Assembly (NCBI GenBank): GCA_017601225.1
Contig: JAFNIX010000005.1
Coordinates: 55,831 to 119,830, forward strand
From: Candidatus Brockarchaeota archaeon
GTDB lineage: Archaea > Thermoproteota > EX4484-205 > JAAOZP01
Length of the DNA stretch: 64,000 nucleotides
Direction: 5' to 3'
Positions 9,402 through 19,717 of the stretch are shown here, piece by piece; positions within the stretch are counted from its first letter, which is position 1; each line of letters starts with the position of its first letter. A program made the position numbers and the translations under genes. Under the pieces are notes generated by a model. That model did not search any database. It saw nothing but the letters and a program-made list of their open reading frames with translations, and was not told the origin of the DNA.

Positions 9402-10440
9402 CTTTCCACAGTTCGTCTTGAGGAAGCCCCCTTATCCTGATTTCCCTCCTGCCAAGCAGCCCGATCCTCTCGCTCTTGTTTTCAGTTATCCTTCCTATGA
9501 CGCATGCGTTAAACCCTCTCTCCCAAAGCCTTTTCAACAGCCTGGGTGTCTTAGATTTGCTGACTGTTGCCAACAGGGTTCCGGAGCTAACGAGCCTCAG
9601 AGGGTCTAACCCGAGCTTTTCGCATATTATCTTAGTCTCCATCCTAACCGGTATTGACTCCATGTTTATGAAACACCCTTTACCGGAGGCTTCACATATT
9701 TCAAATATGCCGCCGAGCACACCGCCCTCTGTAGGGTCATGCATGGCTGAAACATACTTCGCGGAAATCAGCGCGGGCTCAACTATGCTCAGGTTTTCAA
9801 CAAGCCTTCTCGCCCTTTTTAAGACCGATGGCTGAACCCCTTTCTCTACAAGTTTCCCCCAAAGGTCGGAAGCAAGTATGGAGGTTCCTTCAACACCCGC
9901 CTCCCCAACCATCACAATGTTTTCACCAGACTTAGCGCCGCTCGAAGTGATGATTCTTCTACGCCTAGTCCACCCTATTGCCGTACCCACGAACACAGGG
10001 TTTTCAACGATGCTCGAATACTCCGTGTGCCCCCCAACTATAGCGACCCCAAGCCTCTTAGCTTCACCGCTGGCCTGCCTCATTATCTTCCTGACTTCCC
10101 TATGGTTGGCTGCAGGAGGAAGGATGAGCACGGCTAGAAGGAACTCTGGTTTCGCACCTGTGAGGGCCACGTCGTTAGTTGAAACGTCGACGCCAATTCT
10201 ACCCAGGTTCTCCCTGGCTCCAGTAACAGGGTCGCTTGAAACAATTATCTTAACACCATTTAAAGATATCACGCTATTGTCGACGCCTATGCCTGGGCCG
10301 ACAATAACTCTCCTGCTGGTGGCGCCGAGGTTTGAGAACACTATTTTCTCAAGTATTCTCGGAGGAACCTTGCCAAGTATTCTGCTCAAGACTGCGTCAT
10401 CGTCGGGTTGGAGGGTTAAAAACCTTAGGTGCTTTCGCAA
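9391..10440 (-). CDS. AIR synthase-related (PurM/HypE/ThiL superfamily) protein
   Basis: GPGIGVD, SSDPVTGA, NDVA, GGHTE, MHDPTEGG, DPLRLVSSG; lacks the HypE C-terminal PRIC. Confidence 0.85.
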   Translation of the reverse strand: MRKHLRFLTLQPDDDAVLSRILGKVPPRILEKIVFSNLGATSRRVIVGPGIGVDNSVISLNGVKIIVSSDPVTGARENLGRIGVDVSTNDVALTGAKPEFLLAVLILPPAANHREVRKIMRQASGEAKRLGVAIVGGHTEYSSIVENPVFVGTAIGWTRRRRIITSSGAKSGENIVMVGEAGVEGTSILASDLWGKLVEKGVQPSVLKRARRLVENLSIVEPALISAKYVSAMHDPTEGGVLGGIFEICEASGKGCFINMESIPVRMETKIICEKLGLDPLRLVSSGTLLATVSKSKTPRLLKRLWERGFNACVIGRITENKSERIGLLGRREIRIRGLPQDELWKAIG

Positions 10441-10491
10441 AAACAGTTTCCCTAAGATAAGCTTAAAAGCTTGCTGGGTGAGGCGAATGCG

Positions 10492-13296
10492 ATGGGTGAA
10501 ATAAAGGTTTCAAGCGGTAGGGATTACCGCGGTCTTTTTAAGAAGGTTGCCGGGATATTGCTGACTGTTTCCCTAGTCTGGCTCGGCTTCTCTGCATGGC
10601 TCTTCACGATGAGTGTTTACGACAATATGTATAGTGTAAAATCGGGGGTAAGCTATCTCAACATCATGTTTTTAAACGGCAATCTTTTCACCGCGCTCGG
10701 CGTCCTGATAGGAATCGCCGTGTTAAACCCGTTCCTCTGGCACTCAGTCTTAAAAAGAAGGTTTAAGGCTGCGGCTTTAATACTGTTTCCAAGCATTCTG
10801 TTAGCATTCGTATTCTTCTCGACCGTAGGCTCGCAAATGGCTGTTCAAATCCTTCTGCTGAATAAGGTGAGCAGCTTTCTACAATCCTATCTTAGCTGGC
10901 TTGGGAAAGTATACTTTGGGCCACTCTCTTTCTCCGGCGAGGAGCTCTACGGTATGATGCCGGTTTTCGACTTCGTTGAGCTTATGAAAATGATCTACGT
11001 GTTTTCTATAGCAATAATTTTCATAAGCCTAGCTGTAAATGATTTTCAGCGCATAGTCGTTCCGATGAGAAAGGCTGCGGCATGGCCTCAGGGCGACTTA
11101 ACAGTGTTAGAGTTGACGAGAACAGTCTTCTCACTCCTCCGGTTCATAGTGTCAGCTGTCTTCATAGGGTTCTTCCTATTCTGGTATCCTTCCTTGACTT
11201 ACGATGTGACGAGCCCAATATTCAGGCTTGCATTAACCACATCTGTCATCCTGGTGGTTCTCCAAATACTCTTGGAAACAGTGCCCTTTAAGAAGGCAAC
11301 TATGGTAAAGAATATTCTGCTTGTCCTTGCGATCGTAATAGCTATGCTCGGGTATGCACTGCCGCAAGCATACTACAGGACTTTAGGAGGATGGGATGCT
11401 AACAAGGTTTCCTACGAGTTCAACCCAAGGATTAAGCCGCACATAGAGCTCGTAAAACTTCTCAACGGTTTAAACGAGGTTTCTGAAGCAACCCAATCCC
11501 CCGGGAGCCTCAGCGACCTTGAGAAGGTCAGACTGACTAGTCACGATTTCATATCTTCAAGAACCAGCTACGAGCTCTCAAGAAGAGGAATACCGTGGAT
11601 TACTGGAAGCGAACCCTCAATGATATATTTTAAAGACGGCCGTCTATACTGGGTTGTTTTCACAGCCCCCGTGATGGTGGAGGCAACCGATGTTGAGACT
11701 GCTGAATCATTCATATATACTCACAGCGAGGTTATATTGGCTTTCGACGCTACAACCGGAAGGAGTATTCCGTTAAGCCAGGCCCTCGGAATGATTAATG
11801 TTCCACCTGTATACTATGGTTTGGGAGGGCTTTTCAGAGGGAGGGAAATAGTGTTCGTTAACACGGGTAAATGGAGGGAAGCTGGGACTGTGAACTACAC
11901 CGGCTCGCCCGACTATGTTTTCTCAGGATGGGTTCGTGCAGCCTACTTCCTTCTTAAAGGAAGGCTTGATATAGCTTCAGGAGGCTACGGGGATACTTTA
12001 AACGCTTTGATCACTAGAGACGCTTATGAAAGGGTTTCAGCGATAAAAGCGCCGCTTCTGGTCATTGAAACCGACCCTAGGACGGGTGTGCCAGCACCAT
12101 ACCCGGTTGTAGACCCGGATGGGAATCTTTACCTTGCTTTCTCAACCTTTATTGAGAAGCCTGTTTACACTCAGTACGCTGCCACGGAGAAGTATGGTGT
12201 TGAAAACGGAGGCTGCTTCAGAAGGCTTTTCTCCATAATCCTGGTGAACGTTGCAGACGGCAGTATTCAAGGCTATATGTTTGAAGAATCCTTGAATAGT
12301 GACAACTATGTTGTCAACGCTCTTAAATCCCTATATCCTTCATGGGTTAGACCAATTCCGTCTTGGCTTAAGACACAGGCAAGATACATTAAAAACCTTA
12401 TGTGGAGCATAATTGACATCTATAATACGTACAGGATTTCAAGCTCGGATTACGACTCCTGGTATAGGAGTACAGGCATGCTGGATTATCCTCGAGACTC
12501 CAGTGGAAACATATATTCGCAAAGCGTTTTCGACATAAGGTACGTTTCCCTGGAAAACCGGTACGTGGCCCTGTGCATAGTTGAGAATTATCAGCAGAAC
12601 CCCGGGGCCTCTGTGAATATTGTCGGCGCGTATGTTTTCACTCCTGACAGTAAGGAGTTTATCCTGTTTCAAAACAGGGTTCCAAGGCTCAGCGCGATAA
12701 TGGAAAGTATTCTTCACCATCCTACTGTTCAACAAATATTGACTCTACACCAGACGCGCGGGGTCTCATGGGTTGAGGGTAACCTAATGGTCCAGCTGGT
12801 TAACAATACGCCGGTATTCATACTCCCGTTTTACTCGATAAGTACTCAAGTGGCATACGTCACCATGGTTGTGGTTTATAATCCTCAAACCGGTAGGATA
12901 GGCGTCTACCAGGTTAGGAACGTGGACGACTGGGTGGAGGTTTCAAGATCAACCTTGGCAGCATATGCTTCAACGCTCCCCGTAAACATTACGGTGAAAC
13001 CGGATTACCTTCAACAGGTTAAGGCGTTCCTCGTTGCGAACGGGCTATATGTGGCTGAGCCGGTTAGCGTTTCCGCGAACGTCGTATACAGGATTGGATA
13101 CGTTAAGGCTGAAGAGTTCCAGAGCATGGCCAACACTACGCTGGCTAAGCTGGTAGAATTCTGCAGCCAACATGGCTTGAAAACAGTAAACATCTGGGTT
13201 GAGAGAGCCGGGGATAAGGAAGTAATAAACGTCGGAGTCCTAATCACGACGGTTCAAGGAGTAGAACTCCACCTCGTTCAAATAGAAACTAGCTAG
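10492..13296 (+). CDS. Large membrane protein, UPF0182-like
   Basis: About 8 N-terminal TMs, then a large soluble domain with YTHS, P.VYYG, R....R...AP.L....PYPVVD.DG.LY, V.V.DG motifs. Confidence 0.65.
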   Translation: MGEIKVSSGRDYRGLFKKVAGILLTVSLVWLGFSAWLFTMSVYDNMYSVKSGVSYLNIMFLNGNLFTALGVLIGIAVLNPFLWHSVLKRRFKAAALILFPSILLAFVFFSTVGSQMAVQILLLNKVSSFLQSYLSWLGKVYFGPLSFSGEELYGMMPVFDFVELMKMIYVFSIAIIFISLAVNDFQRIVVPMRKAAAWPQGDLTVLELTRTVFSLLRFIVSAVFIGFFLFWYPSLTYDVTSPIFRLALTTSVILVVLQILLETVPFKKATMVKNILLVLAIVIAMLGYALPQAYYRTLGGWDANKVSYEFNPRIKPHIELVKLLNGLNEVSEATQSPGSLSDLEKVRLTSHDFISSRTSYELSRRGIPWITGSEPSMIYFKDGRLYWVVFTAPVMVEATDVETAESFIYTHSEVILAFDATTGRSIPLSQALGMINVPPVYYGLGGLFRGREIVFVNTGKWREAGTVNYTGSPDYVFSGWVRAAYFLLKGRLDIASGGYGDTLNALITRDAYERVSAIKAPLLVIETDPRTGVPAPYPVVDPDGNLYLAFSTFIEKPVYTQYAATEKYGVENGGCFRRLFSIILVNVADGSIQGYMFEESLNSDNYVVNALKSLYPSWVRPIPSWLKTQARYIKNLMWSIIDIYNTYRISSSDYDSWYRSTGMLDYPRDSSGNIYSQSVFDIRYVSLENRYVALCIVENYQQNPGASVNIVGAYVFTPDSKEFILFQNRVPRLSAIMESILHHPTVQQILTLHQTRGVSWVEGNLMVQLVNNTPVFILPFYSISTQVAYVTMVVVYNPQTGRIGVYQVRNVDDWVEVSRSTLAAYASTLPVNITVKPDYLQQVKAFLVANGLYVAEPVSVSANVVYRIGYVKAEEFQSMANTTLAKLVEFCSQHGLKTVNIWVERAGDKEVINVGVLITTVQGVELHLVQIETS

Positions 13297-14138
13297 CTTT
13301 TTCCAAGTAGGCTATTCATCAGGGTTCTGGTTGCTCTGACTATATTGTCATCCAGATCCGGTCTACCGTACTCGTGGATCTCCAGGATCAAGGGCCTCCC
13401 ATAGCCTACTCTTGAGAAAGCATTCACCACCCGGTCCCAGTCTATGCTCCCCATTAAAGGAGGCAAGTGCTGATCATGATGGCCATCGTTATCATGGATG
13501 TGAGTAGCTATGAGATGCCCTCTAAGCATTTCAATCATTGCAGATGCACTCAGCCTGTTCACGTTGGCATGCCCAGTATCAAAGCATATTCCTAGGCTTT
13601 CACTACCGATCTCCTCAACCAATTCTAAGAGATCTTTGGGTAGGGAGCCATAGCAGGATTCAAGCCTGTTCTCCACAGCTATCTTAACACCATGCTCTGA
13701 GGCGTATTTGGAAACCTCTTTGAAAAACCTTAAATTGGCGAGCTTAGTCTTCTCAACAAGCCTCTGGAAATCGTATTCCTCTGAAACTCTAATCCTCGCC
13801 GTATGTAGCACAAGCACACCCCATTCTAACTCGCCAACATGCTTGATCCAGTTGAAGATTTTTCTAAGCGCTTTCTCTCTATGGGAAGGATCTTCTGAAG
13901 CCAGTTCTAAATCGATTTCTCCAAAGGGTCCGTGGACTTGAATAATCCTGACCCCGAGACTGTCCGCTGCCTCCTTAGCGTTTCTCAAAGCCTTCAAGTC
14001 AACGGTTTCATCTTTAAACATTTTAGACAAGTGCTCGTAGGACAGTTCAACAAACCCTACGCCCTTTTCGCTAAGCCTTTCAAGAGCTTTCTCAACATCA
14101 AGTATAGAGTATATCCAGGTGTCGAAACCGTAATCCAT
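13293..14138 (-). CDS. Sugar phosphate isomerase/epimerase (AP endonuclease 2 TIM barrel)
   Basis: AVEN, CFDTGH, THIHDNDG..DQHLPP..G.IDW, LE. Confidence 0.85.
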   Translation of the reverse strand: MDYGFDTWIYSILDVEKALERLSEKGVGFVELSYEHLSKMFKDETVDLKALRNAKEAADSLGVRIIQVHGPFGEIDLELASEDPSHREKALRKIFNWIKHVGELEWGVLVLHTARIRVSEEYDFQRLVEKTKLANLRFFKEVSKYASEHGVKIAVENRLESCYGSLPKDLLELVEEIGSESLGICFDTGHANVNRLSASAMIEMLRGHLIATHIHDNDGHHDQHLPPLMGSIDWDRVVNAFSRVGYGRPLILEIHEYGRPDLDDNIVRATRTLMNSLLGKS

Positions 14139-14196
14139 GTATACAGCGTCGCTTTAAGGTGTTTAAAAAAGGTTTGCTCTAGCTAACGAATTTCTC

Positions 14197-14706
14197 CTAC
14201 GTTAGTGCTTCGAGCTTCCTCAAAAGCTCCTCCAGACTCCCGTACTTCACTTTTTCAGGCAAGCCTAGAAGACTAATCTTGATCCCAGCATTGCTCATAG
14301 CCTCGTAAAGAATCTCTGTGAAAACCCCTCTCCCCTTCTCAGGCTTATCTATTCTGAAATGGGTCCATTCGACACCACAGGACGGGCTTCCCTCTACACC
14401 TAAATAAGCTACTATTCTAGTGCCTTCGCGCTCGTATTCAGCCGCAATCTTTACAGCTTGGTCGGCTATCTCCCTGCAGATTCCTCTGAACTTAGGGTTA
14501 TCATATGATTCTCTAGAAGCGGGCTTCCTGCCTAAGCCCTCGTAAAGTAGTTCCGGGCAGGGGAGCTGTATTACTCCTGTTTCCAAATCTTCTAAAAGGG
14601 TTTTAACAACCCGCCTAGCTGCTTTCACTTTCTCCTCCCACAGTAATCCCACTGCCTTGCTGTATGGGTTAAGAATGCAGTGGGAAACAAGCAGGATTCT
14701 CCTCAT
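14197..14706 (-). CDS. DUF523/TudS-related (CD3072-like) putative Fe-S desulfidase
   Basis: SHCILN, QLPCPE, GSPSCG, G.GVF. Confidence 0.75.
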   Translation of the reverse strand: MRRILLVSHCILNPYSKAVGLLWEEKVKAARRVVKTLLEDLETGVIQLPCPELLYEGLGRKPASRESYDNPKFRGICREIADQAVKIAAEYEREGTRIVAYLGVEGSPSCGVEWTHFRIDKPEKGRGVFTEILYEAMSNAGIKISLLGLPEKVKYGSLEELLRKLEALT

Positions 14707-14851
14707 AACTATGGCTTAAAACGAGCGTTATTAAAGCTTTCATGCGGGGAATCTTGGAACATGTTCTAAAGGCATGAGGCTTCATACGTAATGTTTAAAA
14801 ATGGTCTAAGCCGGGGTGAGGCTTAACACGGTGGACTGATGGTGGCTCAGA

Positions 14852-16861
14852 TTGCCTACGACAGGAATTCCGTCTGCTCCAGAGATAATCGTTTCGGGCT
14901 CCGTTTTAGCGAGCCTACTGGCAATCATAATCCTAGCTCTTAATGTTCTTAAACACCGGTTGAAGAACCCTAAGGCAGCTAGGATAGCTGGCTACATAGA
15001 GTCAGGCGCCTCAGCATTCCTACGCACAGAGTATTCCGTCATCATAGTGTTCGACGCTGCAGTAACCGTGCTTCTCCTCGTTCTCCTTGGGGTTAAGACA
15101 GCACTCGCATTCATGCTTGGGGCAGCATTGTCCCTAGCCTCAGGTTTCACAGGTATGAAGGTGGCTGTAAAGGCAAACGCTAGAACAATGGAATCGGTAA
15201 ACGGGAACGTTTCTAAAGGTTTAAAAACAGCTTTAAGCGGAGGCTCGGTGACCGGTCTATCAGTTGCAAGCCTAAGCCTCCTAGGAATATTAATCCTAGT
15301 TTCACTCATAAGGCAGGACTCTTCTGGGCTTAGCATCGAGTTTCTGACGGGCTACGCCATGGGTGCTAGCTTGACTGCAATCTTCATCCAGATAGGTGGC
15401 GGGATATTCACTAAGAGTGCGGACATCGGCGCCGACCTGGTTGGAAAGCTTGAATACGGGCTTAGTGAGGATGATCCTCGTAACCCAGCGGTGATAGCTG
15501 ACCTGGTTGGGGATAATGTTGGCGACTGCGCTGGTAGAGGTGCAGACCTGTTTGAGACTCTAAGCGGAGACATGGTTACCAGCATGATAATAGGCCTAGG
15601 ATTTCTGGATAAATACGGGTATATGATCCTACTGTTCTCACCGCTATTTCTCTCAGTAGGATTGCTTTCCACTATAATCAGCATTATGGTTGCACTTAAA
15701 ATCAGCAATCCTGCGAAGAGTTTTCTGATAAGCCTTGTTGTCTCAACAGTTTCTTCAGCAGTAGGCCTCTACTTTGTCTCAACCCTCTTTATGAAGGATG
15801 TCTCTCTTTTCTACGCCGGGTTAAGCGGGTTGATCGTGACACTGCTTATGGCCGTCGTGTCAAACTATTACACTGGTGTAAACTCCTCGCCGGTTAAAAG
15901 CATGTATGAGTCAGCTAAAAGGGGTGCTGCTATAAACATGATAAATGGCTTCGCCTATGGTTTAAGGGGAGCTGTAATACCCGTGTTCCTAGTTTCAACG
16001 GCCGCGATACTTTCTTACCTAGTCACAGGTAATATTTACGGTCTGGTGGCGGCAAACCTGGGGACAGACATACTCATAGGGACAGTTATGGCTTGGGATG
16101 CTTTCGGGCCAATAGTTGACAATGCTGGTGGAATAAACGAGATATGCGGTGAAGGTAATAATGGTGCGTTCGATGCTCTCGACGCCATTGGAAACACTAC
16201 TAAAGCATACACTAAGGCCTTTGCCCTTGCTAGCGGCACCTTCACAGCATTCATAGCCTTAATGACCTATTACTACGTTGTTGGCAAAAGGCCTGTTGAC
16301 TTAACGAACCCGTTTCACACGGCCGGCCTCCTAATAGGCATAGCTATCCCGTTCCTCTTCTCCTCGTACATAATGAGCGCGGTGAACTCTACGACTCGAG
16401 TAATGGTTGACGAGGTTAGGAAACAGTTTAGAGAGAAACCCGGGATACTCTCAGGATTGGAGACCCCTGCCTATGACAAGTGTGTCAAAATAGCGACGCT
16501 AAACGCTTTGAGGCAGATGATCCTGCCGGTTTTAATCGCTGAGGCCGTGTTCCTCGGCTTCGGACTGCTTTTCGGGGTTGGTGCTTTAGCCGGAATGCTG
16601 ATAGGCCTGCTTGGCGCAAGCGCAATCTTAGGGATTAAGTATATCCTCGTAGGCGGGGCTTTCGATAACACTAAGAAGCTTTTCGAATTGTCTGGAAGCA
16701 ATGATGAGGATCTGCGGTCCGCTGTCGTGACGGGTGATACTTTCGGAGACCCACTTAAGGATGTGGCCGGCCCCTCTTTAACGATTCTTATGAAGAGCAT
16801 CATAATGACGGCTCTGACTTTTGAAACAATACTGGTTAAATATGCATTGTTCCCCGTCTAG
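14852..16861 (+). CDS. hppA: Membrane-integral H+-translocating pyrophosphatase, K+-independent type
   Basis: GGGIFTKSADIGADLVGKLE, EDDPRNPAVIADLVGDNVGD, GNTTKA, GDTFGDPLKD. Confidence 0.93.
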   Translation: MPTTGIPSAPEIIVSGSVLASLLAIIILALNVLKHRLKNPKAARIAGYIESGASAFLRTEYSVIIVFDAAVTVLLLVLLGVKTALAFMLGAALSLASGFTGMKVAVKANARTMESVNGNVSKGLKTALSGGSVTGLSVASLSLLGILILVSLIRQDSSGLSIEFLTGYAMGASLTAIFIQIGGGIFTKSADIGADLVGKLEYGLSEDDPRNPAVIADLVGDNVGDCAGRGADLFETLSGDMVTSMIIGLGFLDKYGYMILLFSPLFLSVGLLSTIISIMVALKISNPAKSFLISLVVSTVSSAVGLYFVSTLFMKDVSLFYAGLSGLIVTLLMAVVSNYYTGVNSSPVKSMYESAKRGAAINMINGFAYGLRGAVIPVFLVSTAAILSYLVTGNIYGLVAANLGTDILIGTVMAWDAFGPIVDNAGGINEICGEGNNGAFDALDAIGNTTKAYTKAFALASGTFTAFIALMTYYYVVGKRPVDLTNPFHTAGLLIGIAIPFLFSSYIMSAVNSTTRVMVDEVRKQFREKPGILSGLETPAYDKCVKIATLNALRQMILPVLIAEAVFLGFGLLFGVGALAGMLIGLLGASAILGIKYILVGGAFDNTKKLFELSGSNDEDLRSAVVTGDTFGDPLKDVAGPSLTILMKSIIMTALTFETILVKYALFPV

Positions 16862-16881
16862 CTAAGTTTTTAAACCGCCTA

Positions 16882-17283
16882 ATGGTTCTCAATACTGTGT
16901 TGCCAGAAGCAATCCTCATTAAAAGCAGGTCAATAGGTGTAAGGAGGGCTGTACTTCTACCTGAGTTAAACCCTAAAACTGTCGAGGGTATTCTTAAGGC
17001 CTTGCCTTTTAAAGGATTTGCAAACACCTGGGGTGAGGAAATATATTTTGAAATACCCGTTGTCCTGCCGGAGGAGAATTCGCGCAGAGAGGTTGAGAAA
17101 GGAGAGGTTGCCTACTGGCCTCCTGGAAGAGCCCTCTGCATCTTCTTCGGCCCAACCCCCATGTCAAGAAAGGGGAAGATAGTTGCATATAGCCCTGTCA
17201 ACGTTTTCGCTAAGATAGAGGGAGACCTCGAAGTCTTCAAAAAGGTTAGGGACGGTGAGGAAATACTTGTTGAGAAAGAGTAG
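16882..17283 (+). CDS. Cyclophilin-like fold protein (TM1367/DUF369 type)
   Basis: WGEEIYF, GEVAYWPPGRALCIFFGPTP. Confidence 0.85.
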   Translation: MVLNTVLPEAILIKSRSIGVRRAVLLPELNPKTVEGILKALPFKGFANTWGEEIYFEIPVVLPEENSRREVEKGEVAYWPPGRALCIFFGPTPMSRKGKIVAYSPVNVFAKIEGDLEVFKKVRDGEEILVEKE

Positions 17284-17344
17284 AGACCTGTTCTCAATTA
17301 CTGTTGACTAGTGTTGAAAAGACTTTTCGTCACATGCTGTGCTT

Positions 17345-17842
17345 CTAAACACTGTTGGACTGGGTTAAGCTGGAGGGTCCTACGAAAAACTTGTCATCGG
17401 GCTTATGCAGGTTTTTAACAATCTTTCCCTTTCCATCTGGGGAAATCGTTAAAGAGTCTTGAAGAGCCACTCCTACCGCTATTGCAACATAGTCTTCTGA
17501 AACAACTGCAACAGGATCCCCTTTGCTGAAACTGCTGTGTTTAACTACTCCCGGTATCATCACGTCAGCACCCTTAGCGACGTATTCTACAGCACCCTTG
17601 TCCACAACGACTATTGGACAAACCGTTATTCTCCCTAGGCCTTGAAGATGCGGAATAATCCTTCCGTCTGGAAAAATTATTAATGCGGGGATTCGGTTTA
17701 AAAGAAGTATTTTAGCATCTTCCAGCTCAACTATCTCAGCAGACTCCAGCTTATCTAGTTTAAAAGAGATTTTCTGGTTTTTAGCGTCTTCGATAAGCCT
17801 AGCTGCCTCCTTCCTCCTTATCTGTATTCTTTTCAAGCTCAA
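17345..17842 (-). CDS. PUA domain RNA-binding protein
   Basis: VDKGAVEYVAKGADVMIPGV, AIAVG, GKGKIVKNLH. Confidence 0.85.
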   Translation of the reverse strand: MSLKRIQIRRKEAARLIEDAKNQKISFKLDKLESAEIVELEDAKILLLNRIPALIIFPDGRIIPHLQGLGRITVCPIVVVDKGAVEYVAKGADVMIPGVVKHSSFSKGDPVAVVSEDYVAIAVGVALQDSLTISPDGKGKIVKNLHKPDDKFFVGPSSLTQSNSV

Positions 17843-18699
17843 AGCCCTTTTATGATTTCTTCAAGCGCCCTACAGTTCTCCTCAGCGTTTTTAATAATAT
17901 CTGGGACTGTGGGAGACTTCAACAAGGGGTTGAAGCTTGGAGGGCACTCTACAGTCAAATACCCGTTATATCCCGCTGCTTTAAGCAGCTTTATAATCTT
18001 CCTCCAGTTCACGTTTCCTTTAAGCACGTTCCTAAACCCGTTAATATTTCCAATATTAGTGTCGAAATCCTTAGCATGCACGTTTGACACCATGCTCCCC
18101 AGGCTATGTATCCAGTTTTCAGGGTGAGATATTGCCATCAGGTTGGCAACGTCTAGATATACTTTCACGTTTCTCATCCCCACATCCATTATGAATTTCT
18201 TAAACTCTATAGGAGAATAGAGAAACTTGTTCCAGACGTTTTCAACAGCTATCGTCACGTCATAATCCTCTGCGAACTCCGCGAGCTTTTTCACAGAATT
18301 TAGAGCGTTGGCATAAAGCTCCTCATAAGGTATCTCCGGGGAGGCGACACCTGGGACAACGAGGATCGATGAGGCTCCTACCATCCTAGCCATTTTAACA
18401 CCAGCCTTGCCGTATTCGATGCCTTTGCTCCTAGTTTTTTCATCATTTGAGCCAAGATTATACTTCCAGAAGACGCCTGTCGCCACGCTAGGTATTTCAA
18501 GACCCTCTGACTTGAAATCCTCAGCTGTTCTCAGTATCTCCTCCTCCGTCTTCCTAGTCGGGTCGAAACTGCTATCGTCGAAGACAAGTTCAACCCCATC
18601 ATAACCGATCTCCTTAATCTTCTTGGCAACCTTCTTATTGTCGAGTTCACTCAGAATGCTGGGCCATTCGACGCTCCAAAGATTTATCCCCTTCTTCAT
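17839..18699 (-). CDS. Sugar phosphate isomerase/epimerase
   Basis: GYDGVEL, AVENVWNKFLYSP, YLDVAN, VHAKD, G.VNW, TVE. Confidence 0.88.
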   Translation of the reverse strand: MKKGINLWSVEWPSILSELDNKKVAKKIKEIGYDGVELVFDDSSFDPTRKTEEEILRTAEDFKSEGLEIPSVATGVFWKYNLGSNDEKTRSKGIEYGKAGVKMARMVGASSILVVPGVASPEIPYEELYANALNSVKKLAEFAEDYDVTIAVENVWNKFLYSPIEFKKFIMDVGMRNVKVYLDVANLMAISHPENWIHSLGSMVSNVHAKDFDTNIGNINGFRNVLKGNVNWRKIIKLLKAAGYNGYLTVECPPSFNPLLKSPTVPDIIKNAEENCRALEEIIKGL

Positions 18700-18722
18700 A
18701 GATAATAGTTGAAGAGTAAAAC

Positions 18723-19640
18723 CTAATAAAGTTTTTGAAAATTGTGAAACCTTATAAGCTTAACCACGTTGGAATCCTTTGGGACGCCGAGGTTTCTGCC
18801 AACGACTTCGCATTTGACTCTCAGAACATAGCAAACAGGCTTGCCAATATTCTTTTCAAGCCCGGTGAGAGACTCTAGGTTTCCCTGGCCTTTAGATATC
18901 ACTATGTCTGAATCCTTCAATGCTTGCTTAAACTCCTCTGAAACCCTACTCATAACAATTCCGATAGTGTCATCACCCGTGGTGATGATTTTGTCACAAG
19001 CCTCGCCAAGCCCAATATGCTCCACATCCTCAAGGGTAGCATCGTTCAAAACAGGCCCACCCTTAACAACCATCGTAACGCCGCATCCCCATCTCTCTTT
19101 TAGGCATTTGGCTGCAAGCTTATCGAAAACTATTTCCCCGGCGTTATCCGCCAGGTAAAGAATCTTCTTCCTTCTGCTGATTTCTTCACCAAGTTTATCA
19201 GTATCATCGATAACTAATGGTTCTTTCAAATAATCTTTAAAACGTGATTCTAGGTTTTTAAGGCTGAAGTGATGCCCATGAACTTCAAAATCCATCATGT
19301 TCCCGATTATGGATGTTTTAAGACAAAACCTTAATGCTTCAACATCATCCTTGATTGATTCAAATGTTTCGCATAGGCTTGGATAAATCTTTAAAGCAGT
19401 TTCATTCGAAAGGGCTTTAATATGCTTAAAAGGGTCTCTTACGCCAGCTATTTTTTGAGTAATTCTGCAGACTTGTGAGTGAAGTATGTTTGGAGGCGTG
19501 TCCTCTTCGAAAGCCGTCGGAAGCCATCTTAATACTTCTAAAAGAATTTCTCTGACCAAATCCGGGTCACTTGTGGCCTTAAGTGCAACGTCTAGAGCGG
19601 CATTTACGGTACACGGGATGCATAATAGGCTCGGTTTCAT
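18723..19640 (-). CDS. DUF89/ARMT1-like damage-control phosphatase
   Basis: CIPC, IGNMMD, ADNAGEIVFD, LNDAT, KGQGNLE, KC. Confidence 0.9.
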   Translation of the reverse strand: MKPSLLCIPCTVNAALDVALKATSDPDLVREILLEVLRWLPTAFEEDTPPNILHSQVCRITQKIAGVRDPFKHIKALSNETALKIYPSLCETFESIKDDVEALRFCLKTSIIGNMMDFEVHGHHFSLKNLESRFKDYLKEPLVIDDTDKLGEEISRRKKILYLADNAGEIVFDKLAAKCLKERWGCGVTMVVKGGPVLNDATLEDVEHIGLGEACDKIITTGDDTIGIVMSRVSEEFKQALKDSDIVISKGQGNLESLTGLEKNIGKPVCYVLRVKCEVVGRNLGVPKDSNVVKLIRFHNFQKLY

Positions 19641-19717
19641 AATGTTCTCCTGAGATGCTTGGATTTATGAATTTTCTGCTAACTGGAGGAACACTTCTCG
19701 GCTGAGGAAAATAGCTT

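Noticed and set aside
9391..10440. Possible hypE
   Set aside because: No C-terminal PRIC cysteine and no hydrogenase maturation genes nearby
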